DNA from: an uncultured Solirubrobacterales bacterium | GTDB lineage: Bacteria; Actinomycetota; Thermoleophilia; Solirubrobacterales; Solirubrobacteraceae | NCBI GenBank assembly: GCA_963796525.1 | Contig: CAWCMD010000013.1 | Coordinates: 172,230-236,229, forward strand | Reading direction: 5' to 3' | DNA: 64,000 nt | Shown here: positions 18,325 through 25,770 of the stretch, piece by piece | Layout: every line of letters starts with the position of its first letter | How positions within the stretch are numbered: the first letter of the stretch is position 1 | The notes under the pieces: generated by a model | What the model was told of the DNA's origin: nothing | What the model saw: only the letters and a program-made list of their open reading frames with translations | The model's database searches: none | Program-made: the position numbers and the translations under genes

Positions 18325-20265
18325 CTACGGAAGTCCGGTCCGAGAGTCGGCGTACCGTCGCCTCCACCAAGCGGCGAGGATCGTCGGTACGAGGGCCACC
18401 AGCGCGCTTGCAATCGCGCCTAGAACGGCAGCCCTTGAATCGATCAGACTAGCGGGCTTTATCAAGGTTACGGTGGCTGAGGCGACGGTAGCCGCCCAGA
18501 TCGTGACGCGGATCAGATCAAGCGCCGGTGATCGGGCCCGCACGATCCAGGGCAAGACGATCGCCGCGGCCGCCCAGACGAGGGCCGGCGCCAGCAGGCC
18601 AGCGTGAATCAGCGGCTTGAACACGTGATCGACGGTGGCGCTGAGCGAACTCATCCAGTGGCTGGGCGCGGGGGTGCCGCGAGGGGTGTGAACGTACATC
18701 GTCGCGCCGGCGAGCTCAGCCGCGAACACGAGCCAAAGCCACCCGATCGCGCCGAGCGCGCCCCGCCTGAGTGGTGTCGCCGCCCGTCCCGCGAGCGCCG
18801 GCCAGACGCCGGCGAGCGACACCGCCGCCAGTGCGGGGGCACCCGCCGGCAACGGCCACAGCGTGCCTCGACGCGGAAGCAGCGCGGCCGGCGCGACGCC
18901 ACCGACGACGATCAACAGCGCGGCACCAGGGTGATGCTGGGCGACGGTGGCGATCGTCAGCGAGAGGACCGAGAGCGCCCATCCGATGCGCGGCAGCGCG
19001 AGCGTGAGGGCCGCTGCAAGCACCGCGGCCGCCGCCGGGGCGACCGGCGAGGGCATCAGCACATGGGCTGCGAGCCAGCCGGTGACGAGCGCCGCGCCGG
19101 CTGCGGCGCCGGCGCGTGCGGGCCACGGGTCGCGCGGCCGCGGCTCTTGCCCTTCGGCGCCGTCGGCTGCGCGATCGTCCTGTCCGGCGAGCGGCGCGTC
19201 GCTGAACTCCGCGGGCGGGACCTCCGCGGGCGGGACCTCCGCGGGCGGGACCTCGTGCTCATGAGTGCCCGTCGGGCCCCTCTTCGCAGGCCACGGGCTG
19301 GCGACGACCCCCGTAACGTCATCGACGCGCGCCAGCGATGCTTGGAGCGCCCTGCGCAACTCCTGGACGGTGCCGCGCTCCCTTGGCCGCGGGCGCAGCG
19401 CGAGGTCGATTCCCTGTCCGAGCTCCCGCGGCAGCTCGCGGCGCTGGCGACGCAGCGGCGGTAGGTGCGCGCCCAGGCGCCGGGTCCGCGGCGCGGCGGT
19501 GCCGAGGCGGATGGGATTGACGCCGGTGAGCGCTTCGTAGATCACGAGCGCCAGCGAGTAGAGATCCGCAGGCGCTCCGGCCTCGAGCCCTTCGGCCTGC
19601 TCGGGCGCCATGTACCCGGCGGTGCCGATCACGTCGCCGGTGCGCGTCAGCGAGTCCCCACCGACCACGCGGGCCACGCCGAAGTCCGTCAGCTTCGCGC
19701 GTGGCGTATTGACCGTCTGCGGCTCGGGAACGAGGACGTTGGCGGGCTTGACGTCGCGGTGAACTATCCCTCGCGCATGCGCGTGTTCGAGCGCGTCGCA
19801 CACGGTGATCCCGATCTCGAGGACGTCCCGGTCCGATAGCTGTCCGTCGGCGAGCAACCTGTCCAGCGTCGCGCCGCGCACCAGCTCGGAGACGAGATAC
19901 GCGCCGTCGTCATCGACGACCGCCTCGAACAACGTCACGATGCTGGGATGCGATAGCCGGGCGGCCGCGCGTGCCTCGCGCTCGAAGCGGCCGCCCACGA
20001 TCCGCTCACGTTGCAGGATCTTGATCGCGACGTCGCGCTCGAGCCGCTCGTCGCGCGCGTGCCAGACCGTGCCAAAGCCGCCCGCGCCGAGCCGCCGCTG
20101 AAGCCGATAGCGGCCGAGAATCACCTGCGGTTCTACTGCGGTGGCGCCCCGTCCGCGCGCCGCCGTCGTCCTTGTCGAGGCGACACGCTGAGTCGGCAGC
20201 TCGCTGCGCTGCATGACGCGCTTTTCCACGTGGCGCGCCGAGTCCCTGCGCGCGTCGGGATGCAT
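18325..20265 (-). CDS. Ser/Thr protein kinase with polytopic membrane C-terminal domain
   Basis: Kinase motifs (GAGGFGTVWHA, HRDVKPANVLV, DFGVARV) and a Pro-rich linker with PPAEV x3. About 300 aa of hydrophobic helices follow. The start is uncertain (alternative Met 17 codons downstream). Confidence 0.8.
   Translation of the reverse strand: MHPDARRDSARHVEKRVMQRSELPTQRVASTRTTAARGRGATAVEPQVILGRYRLQRRLGAGGFGTVWHARDERLERDVAIKILQRERIVGGRFEREARAAARLSHPSIVTLFEAVVDDDGAYLVSELVRGATLDRLLADGQLSDRDVLEIGITVCDALEHAHARGIVHRDVKPANVLVPEPQTVNTPRAKLTDFGVARVVGGDSLTRTGDVIGTAGYMAPEQAEGLEAGAPADLYSLALVIYEALTGVNPIRLGTAAPRTRRLGAHLPPLRRQRRELPRELGQGIDLALRPRPRERGTVQELRRALQASLARVDDVTGVVASPWPAKRGPTGTHEHEVPPAEVPPAEVPPAEFSDAPLAGQDDRAADGAEGQEPRPRDPWPARAGAAAGAALVTGWLAAHVLMPSPVAPAAAAVLAAALTLALPRIGWALSVLSLTIATVAQHHPGAALLIVVGGVAPAALLPRRGTLWPLPAGAPALAAVSLAGVWPALAGRAATPLRRGALGAIGWLWLVFAAELAGATMYVHTPRGTPAPSHWMSSLSATVDHVFKPLIHAGLLAPALVWAAAAIVLPWIVRARSPALDLIRVTIWAATVASATVTLIKPASLIDSRAAVLGAIASALVALVPTILAAWWRRRYADSRTGLP
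19207..19251. repeat. 15-bp in-frame tandem repeat x3 inside the kinase linker
   Basis: ctccgcgggcgggac is repeated three times exactly. It encodes (V/F)PPAE repeats on the minus strand. Confidence 0.9.
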
Positions 20266-20326
20266 ATCTAGCCGTCTTGATGGTCATACTGAGGCTTTCC
20301 AGAAATCCGTAAGGAGCGAGAAAGGC

Positions 20327-21472
20327 TTGTCTTTCTTCGACGAGGCGGACGAACCTCGGACCGAACCTCGGAGACCGCCTCGCACCGCGCCGCGCACGGC
20401 GCCACCGCGTAGACGCAGGCCTTCGGGGACAGGTTCCCGCCCACCCGGTCGGCCACCGACTGATCGTCAGGCGATCCAGACGCGACGTGCGATTGCGGCG
20501 GTCGCGATCGTGGTCGTGCTGATCCTGATCGTGCTGGGCGTCCACAGCTGTCAGATAAGCCAGCGCAACAGCGCGCTCAAGGACTACAACAACAGCGTCT
20601 CGTCGATCATGCAGCAGTCGGTGAACACCGGCAAGACGCTGTTCGGGCAGCTGACCAGCGGCAGCAGCAATGCCACTGCGCTCCAGAACCAGATCAACGA
20701 GGACCGCGTGCAAGCCGATGCGCAGCTCCAGAAGGCGCAGGGATTGAGCGCGCCAGACGAGATGAAGGCCGCCCAGCAGGACGTGGTGCTGTCGCTCCAG
20801 CAACGGCGCGACGGAATCGCCGACACCGCCAAGCAGATCCAGCCGGCGCTGGGCCAGTCGACCCGCCAGGACGCGATCAACGCGATCGCCGTGGATATGG
20901 CAAGGTTCTACAGCTCGGACATCGTCTACAAGCTGTACGCAGCGCCACTGATCGCAGGCGCGTTCAATGCTGCTGGAATCGCGGTCGGCGGCGCCAACGG
21001 ACAGGTCATCTACGGCGGGCAGTTCCTGCCGGACGTGCAGTGGGTGCTGCCGTCGTTCATCGCCAGCCAGCTCCACGTCTCGCTGCCGAGCAGCGGCTCG
21101 TCGACGGGCGGCAAGCCGGCCCCCGGCACGCACGGCCACTCACTTGATTCGGTGAGCGTCGGCGGCAACACGCTGCAGGCCAGCGGCAACACGCTGCAAT
21201 CCAACCCCACTCCCACGTTCACCCTGAACTTCACGAATGGCGGTACGAACACCGAGCACAACGTGCTCTGCAAGGTGTCGCTCAGCAACACGAGCGTGAC
21301 CGGCCAGACGACCGTCCCGCAGACGACCCCCGGCCAGAGCGCGAGCTGCAACGTGCAGCTGGGCTCCGCCCCCTCACCGGGGTCCTACACGCTTACGGCG
21401 ACGATCGGCACGGTGCCGGGCGAGAAGAACGCGTCCAACAACACGCTTTCGTTCCCGGTGACCTTCCAGTAG
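20327..21472 (+). CDS. membrane-anchored hypothetical protein (Arg/Pro-rich cytoplasmic head, one TM, extracellular helical + beta-rich domains)
   Basis: A TTG at 20327 lies 10 nt after AAGGAG (20311-20316) and gives LSFFDEADEP.... TM helix AIAAVAIVVVLILIVLGV. The C-terminal TFTLNFTNGGTNTEHNVLCKVSL...YTLTATIG looks like a CARDB/Ig-like sandwich. The track ORF begins at 20213. Confidence 0.6.
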   Translation: MSFFDEADEPRTEPRRPPRTAPRTAPPRRRRPSGTGSRPPGRPPTDRQAIQTRRAIAAVAIVVVLILIVLGVHSCQISQRNSALKDYNNSVSSIMQQSVNTGKTLFGQLTSGSSNATALQNQINEDRVQADAQLQKAQGLSAPDEMKAAQQDVVLSLQQRRDGIADTAKQIQPALGQSTRQDAINAIAVDMARFYSSDIVYKLYAAPLIAGAFNAAGIAVGGANGQVIYGGQFLPDVQWVLPSFIASQLHVSLPSSGSSTGGKPAPGTHGHSLDSVSVGGNTLQASGNTLQSNPTPTFTLNFTNGGTNTEHNVLCKVSLSNTSVTGQTTVPQTTPGQSASCNVQLGSAPSPGSYTLTATIGTVPGEKNASNNTLSFPVTFQ

Positions 21473-21515
21473 GCGGGCTACAGCCGCTCTACAGAAGGGA
21501 TATAACCGCCCAACG

Positions 21516-21626
21516 ACGCGCCAGAGCCGCCCTCCGGGGGAGGGATGGGCTGCCCGGAGCCGGCCACCGGACGCGCCAGAGCCGCCCTCCCGGGGGAGGG
21601 ATGGGCTGCCCGGAGCCCGCCACCCA
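21516..21626. repeat. 55/56-bp tandem duplication, each copy carrying a CCCTCC..GGAGGG palindrome
   Basis: Copy 1 (21516-21570) is acgcgccagagccgccctccgggggagggatgggctgcccggagccggccaccgg. Copy 2 (21571-21626) is near-identical with one extra c. It is intergenic, downstream of 20327..21472. Confidence 0.85.
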
Positions 21627-21679
21627 CCCGACTCCCGGCTGGGAGCCTCTGTCGAGAGCGGTCCTTATGCTTCACAGCC

Positions 21680-22193
21680 GTGCATGACCTCACCAGCACG
21701 GCGGGGATCGTGGCGATCGCAGCTGGTGCGGTCGCCGTCATCTCGCTCATCTTCTCGATCGTCCTGGCAGTACGGCTGCGCCGGGTGCGCGCTGACCAGC
21801 GGGCGGTCCTCGGAGACGGCAAGCAGGATCTGGTCTCGCACGCCGCCGAGCTGCACGCCCAGTTCGAGGCGCTCAGCCAGTACGTCGAAGATGCCGCGCA
21901 CGGCCTGAACCACCGGGTCGACACGGCCGAGCAGCGCCTCGACGGCGCGCTCGCGTACAGGTCGCTGGTCCGCTACGACGCCTACGGCGAGATGTCAGGC
22001 CGCCAGTCGACCTCGATCGCCCTGCTCGACGCGCCGCCGCTCCGGCGTCGTCCTCTCCTCGATCCACCATCGCGACACGGCGCGCCTGTACGCCAAGCAG
22101 GTGCACGAGGGTCACGGCGAGCTCGAGCTCTCGCCCGAGGAGGATGAGGCGATCCGAATCGCGCTCGAAGGCGATCGCCAGCAGCAGTCGTGA
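21680..22193 (+). pseudogene. DUF4446-family membrane protein, frame broken near 22030-22041
   Basis: The TM helix plus AVLGDGKQDLVSHAAELHAQFEAL...YRSLVRYDAYGEMSGRQSTSIALLDA is in one frame. SGVVLSSIHHRDTARLYAKQVHEGHGELELSPEEDEAIRIAL...* is in another. The stop of the second frame (22191-22193) overlaps the pheA GTG (22190), as expected for the intact gene. Confidence 0.65.
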
Positions 22194-23050
22194 AGGTCGG
22201 CTACCTCGGTCCCGAAGGCACGTTCACGTACGAGGCGCTGATCGACTCGCTGGGTGACCGGCTTGCGGAGTCCGAGCTGGTGCCGCTGGCGACGATCTAC
22301 GACACGGTGATGGCCGTCCATGACGGCTCGGTGCAGCGCGCACTCGTGCCGATCGAGAACTCGCTCGAGGGCTCGGTCAACGCAACCCTCGATGCGCTCG
22401 CGATGGAGACCGAGGACGTCGCGATCGTCGGCGAGGTGGTTCATCCGATTCGCCACTGCCTGATCGCCCGGAACGCACTCGAGCTTGACCAGATCGAGAC
22501 CGTCGTCTCGCACCCGCAGCCCAACGCCCAGTGCGCTCGGTTCCTACGCTCGCGACTGCCGCAGGCGCGAGTCCTCGCCAGCAGCTCGACCGCGGAGGCC
22601 GTGAAGATGGTCGCGGAGCATGACGGGCCGTGGGCCGCGCTGGGTAACCGGCTCGCGGCGCAGCGGTACGGCTGCCAGGTGCTGCGAGACGGGGTTGAGG
22701 ATGTCGCCGACAACGAGACGCGATTCGTGTGGCTGGGTCCGGTTGGCGCCGCAGCCGGGCGGCCGGGCGAGGCCGGCGCGCCGCTCGGACCATGGAAGAC
22801 CGCGATCGTGTTCTGGGGGGTCGGCTCCGAGGCGCCGGGGTGGCTGGTGCGCTGCCTCACCGAGTTCTCCTCGCGAGCGGTGAACCTGACCCGCATCGAG
22901 TCCCGCCCGCGAAAGCAGGGTCTCGGCCGTTACATGTTCTTCGCGGACCTCGAGGGTCGTGACACCGAGCCGCACGTGGCCGATGCATTACGCGGTCTGC
23001 GCACGCACGTCGAGGCGCTGCGCGTGCTGGGTTCGTTCCCGGCGGCGTAA
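22190..23050 (+). CDS. pheA: prephenate dehydratase
   Basis: MKVGYLGPEGTFTYEA, VPIENSLEGSV and TRFVWLG, plus a C-terminal ACT domain (NLTRIESRPRK...YMFFADLEG). Confidence 0.9.
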   Translation: MKVGYLGPEGTFTYEALIDSLGDRLAESELVPLATIYDTVMAVHDGSVQRALVPIENSLEGSVNATLDALAMETEDVAIVGEVVHPIRHCLIARNALELDQIETVVSHPQPNAQCARFLRSRLPQARVLASSSTAEAVKMVAEHDGPWAALGNRLAAQRYGCQVLRDGVEDVADNETRFVWLGPVGAAAGRPGEAGAPLGPWKTAIVFWGVGSEAPGWLVRCLTEFSSRAVNLTRIESRPRKQGLGRYMFFADLEGRDTEPHVADALRGLRTHVEALRVLGSFPAA

Positions 23051-23148
23051 GTAAGTCGAGTCCGGCGTGATCGCGGTTCCTGGGGGCCCCGTCCGACGCG
23101 GCGCACTCGCCTTAGACAACCAACACCCCCGCTACACTGGCGGCAGCT

Positions 23149-23715
23149 ATGGCCACGTCAGTACCTGCGCCAGCATGGTCCGCGCCGCTACCAGAGCACC
23201 AGCGGCGCGGGCGTGAGGTTGGCCGGGTGCTCGTCTTGAACGCGACGTACGAGCCGATTAACGTCTGCACGGTCCGGCGCGCGGTCGTGCTCCTGCTCAA
23301 GGAGAAGGCCGAGGTCATCGAGCACGGTCAGTGGGAGCTTCACTCCGCCACGAGGACGCTGCCGCGGCCGATGGTGATCCGCTTGGTCACCTACGTTCGC
23401 ATCCCGCGCGACACCCACCGCCGCAAGATCACGCGGCGCGCGGTGTTCGCGCGCGACAACTGGACCTGCCAGTACTGCGGCGCACGGTCCAACCTCACCG
23501 TCGACCACGTGGTGCCACGCTCCAAGGGCGGCTCTTCGAACTGGGAGAACATCGTCGCCTCGTGCGCGCCGTGCAACCGCCGAAAGGGCAACTCGCTCCC
23601 GCGCCAGGCCGGCATGCGCCTCCTCAACCAGCCGCGCACGCCGAGCCCAACCGTGTTCATTCACGTCGCCAGCCCGACGATCCCGGCAGCCTGGCAGGCG
23701 TATCTGGTGGCGTAG
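23149..23715 (+). CDS. HNH endonuclease-family protein
   Basis: CQYCG...LTVDHVVPRSKGGSSNWENIVASCAPCNRRKGN is the HNH/McrA-like motif. The N-terminal VLVLNATYEPINV block is typical of the conserved actinobacterial family. Confidence 0.85.
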   Translation: MATSVPAPAWSAPLPEHQRRGREVGRVLVLNATYEPINVCTVRRAVVLLLKEKAEVIEHGQWELHSATRTLPRPMVIRLVTYVRIPRDTHRRKITRRAVFARDNWTCQYCGARSNLTVDHVVPRSKGGSSNWENIVASCAPCNRRKGNSLPRQAGMRLLNQPRTPSPTVFIHVASPTIPAAWQAYLVA

Positions 23716-23733
23716 CCGCGGGCGGCGGGGGCG

Positions 23734-23883
23734 GGTGCGGGGCGCACGCCCGAGCGAGGCGCCGGTGCGGGGCGCACGCCCGAGCGAGGCGCCGGTGCGG
23801 GGCGCACGCCCGAGCGAGGCGCCGGTGCGGGGCGCACGCCCGAGCGAGGCGCCGGTGCGGGGCGCACTTCCGAAGGGCGCGCC
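23734..23883. repeat. 30-bp tandem repeat, four exact copies plus one degenerate
   Basis: The unit ggtgcggggcgcacgcccgagcgaggcgcc is repeated head-to-tail with no spacers, and the fifth copy diverges (..cacttccgaagggcgcgcc). It is intergenic, 19 nt after the HNH stop. Confidence 0.9.
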
Positions 23884-24051
23884 CCGATAACGTGACAATT
23901 CACCCCGGCCGGCGGGCAACGAGTCACCAAATGGGTGCTATGACACACATTTCGTCACACGTCGCCTCCACCAGCGGTCGTTTTGTGACCAAATCGGGGC
24001 TGCCAGGCCCGCACCCGCCTCTCCTCAGTCAAATACCGGGCAGGCCAGGCC
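23882..24051. repeat. diverged copy (A) of a 170-bp double-hairpin element
   Basis: Aligns along its length with 37877-38046 at roughly 70% identity by eye. Shared blocks are CCCCGAT, GGGCAACG, CATTTCGT.ACACGT, AGCGGTCG, AAATCGGGGCTGCC and CAAATAC..GGCAG.CCAG. Confidence 0.75.
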
Positions 24052-24090
24052 GGCGCGCTTCGCCGGGGGGCCGTCCCCTGGCATCGTCAG

Positions 24091-24141
24091 GGCGCGCGTC
24101 CGGGCGCGCATCCAAGGCGCGCATCCGAGGCGCACGTCCGG
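24091..24141. repeat. 12-13-bp tandem repeat x4 (ggcgcgcatccrr)
   Basis: The copies are ggcgcgcgtccg, ggcgcgcatccaa, ggcgcgcatccga and ggcgcacgtccgg. They abut the DUF2277 stop codon. Confidence 0.7.
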
Positions 24142-24142
24142 G

Positions 24143-24412
24143 CTACGCAGCGAACCGCTGGGCGGCCCGAGCCCGAGCCTTGGCGGCCTCGACCTCGCGG
24201 TTGCGCGGCGGGGCAGTCGTGCTGAGCTCGGTCAGCAGCTCTGACGAGGCCGCCGCGACTGCGTCGATCGCGCGCGCGAATGCCTCCTCATTGGCCCGCG
24301 AGGGCTTGCTGAAGCCGCTGATCTTGCGGACGTACTGCACGGCGGCGGCGTGGATCTCTTCCTCGGTGGCCGGCGGATCGAAGTTGTGGAGGGTTCGGAT
24401 GTTTCGGCACAT
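24143..24412 (-). CDS. DUF2277-domain protein
   Basis: 89 aa. MCRNIRTLHNFDPPATEEEIHAAAVQYVRKISGF matches the characteristic DUF2277 N-terminus. Confidence 0.8.
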   Translation of the reverse strand: MCRNIRTLHNFDPPATEEEIHAAAVQYVRKISGFSKPSRANEEAFARAIDAVAAASSELLTELSTTAPPRNREVEAAKARARAAQRFAA

Positions 24413-24613
24413 GGACTAAAAGGCTAGAGGGCCGCGGGTTCGAACGGCGACGCCCGGGTTCGACCACGACGCCGGCGCTCGCCCAGGCGTTCGAGCGGCG
24501 CCGGCGCGGGGTCGCCGGGCCGGCGTGGCCGGCGCTCGCCGCGGGGTCTCCGCGCCGGGGCGGCAAGCGTCGCCGGGGCTGCAAGCGTCGCCGGGGCGGT
24601 CGCCGCGCGGGCG

Positions 24614-24650
24614 TGGGAGATCTTCCGCCATATACGCGGCTTATCTCCCA
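24614..24650. other. symmetric stem-loop TGGGAGAT-CTT-CCGC-CATATAC-GCGG-CTT-ATCTCCCA
   Basis: There are 8-bp outer and 4-bp inner inverted repeats with symmetric CTT bulges and an AT-rich loop. It is intergenic. Confidence 0.6.
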
Positions 24651-24658
24651 CGACGCAC

Positions 24659-24686
24659 GAAGGGCGCCGTCGACACGGCGCCCTTC
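24659..24686. terminator. GC-rich hairpin, 11-bp perfect stem, 6-nt loop (no U-tract)
   Basis: The sequence is GAAGGGCGCCG tcgaca CGGCGCCCTTC. It lies about 230 nt downstream of the AraC gene end on the minus strand. Confidence 0.45.
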
Positions 24687-24918
24687 GCGAACTTCATTGG
24701 CTGCTCTAGCCGAAGTGGGCTTGCTCGAGGCCGGAGGGACTAATCCCGGCACCCACCCCGACGGTGTCTCGGGGGGACTCCGCTAAGCGGGGCCAACCTC
24801 CGACCTAGCGGCCGGACACCTCCAGGGTCCCGCAATGACTGTCAGACAGGCGGACCACCTCCTTTCTCTGGTAGCCGGGAGAATAGCGAAGCTCGGGGAC
24901 ACTTCCCAAGCCCGTCAG

Positions 24919-25728
24919 CTAGGCAGCCAGTTCGCGCCGTATCGCCGCCGGCGTCGCTCCTGTCTCTGAGCGCAGCACCCGCGAGAGGTGGCTCTGATCC
25001 GCGAAGCCCACCTCGGCAGCCAGCCGCGCCAAGTCGCGCTCGCCACCAGCCAGCCGCTCGAGCGCCGTGCGCGTGCGCAGGCGCATCCGGTGGCGGGCGA
25101 TCGTGTGCCCGGTCTCGGCGCGAAAGGTCCGGCTGAGGTGATGCGGTGACACTGCGAGCTCGCGCGCGAGCTGGGGCAGGTCCAGGTCGGGGTCGACGGC
25201 CAGCCGTTCACGCACGCCGGCGACAACCGCCGCGCGCCGGCGCGTGGTAGCGGGACGGCCGGCTTCCACGCGGCGCCGATCGACCCGCTCGAGCAGCCGC
25301 GCGGCGAGCACGATCGCCCGTTCTGCCAGCTGATCCGGCTGCGCACCGCGGCGGGCGCCCGCGAGCAGCCGTCGGTGCTCGATGTCAAGGTCCGCAGAGC
25401 TCCGCAGCGGTTCGGGCGGCAGCGCTGGATCGCCCCCCCAGATCTGCGCCAGCAGCCCGGGCTCGAACACCAACGCGGTGCACTCGTCGCCGCCATCGCC
25501 GGGATGATCGATTCGCTGTTCCTCCCCGGGATTCACGCAGTAGCCGAGCGTTGCGTCAAGCGTCGCCTCGGCCACATCGGAGTTGCGCACGAAGGACCCC
25601 CGGCGGACGAGGATCAGCATGTGGGCCTCGATCCGCTCGTGGTCCTTCCCAGGGCCCTGCCCATGCCGACAAGTGACGTCCCACAACGCCACCCCGTCGC
25701 GGTCGAGCAGGCTGGTGCGCGTCAGCAT
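24919..25728 (-). CDS. AraC-family transcriptional regulator
   Basis: C-terminal double HTH (VSPHHLSRTFRAETGHTIARHRMRLRTRTALERL...VGFADQSHLSRVLRSETGATP). Confidence 0.85.
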   Translation of the reverse strand: MLTRTSLLDRDGVALWDVTCRHGQGPGKDHERIEAHMLILVRRGSFVRNSDVAEATLDATLGYCVNPGEEQRIDHPGDGGDECTALVFEPGLLAQIWGGDPALPPEPLRSSADLDIEHRRLLAGARRGAQPDQLAERAIVLAARLLERVDRRRVEAGRPATTRRRAAVVAGVRERLAVDPDLDLPQLARELAVSPHHLSRTFRAETGHTIARHRMRLRTRTALERLAGGERDLARLAAEVGFADQSHLSRVLRSETGATPAAIRRELAA

Positions 25729-25770
25729 CCCGCTCCCCGGCCGTCGGCGAGACGGCTTAGACCGCGATTC

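Noticed and set aside
23734-23883. 30-bp repeat array considered as a CRISPR array
   Set aside because: The repeats are directly abutting with no spacers, there are only about 4.7 copies, and no cas genes are in the window. It is a simple tandem repeat.
24855-24867. CCACCTCCTTTCT considered as the 3' end of a 16S rRNA gene or fragment
   Set aside because: Only the terminal 13 nt match. The upstream sequence has none of the conserved 16S helix-45 sequence (GTAACAAGGTAGCCGTA...), so it is not an rRNA remnant.
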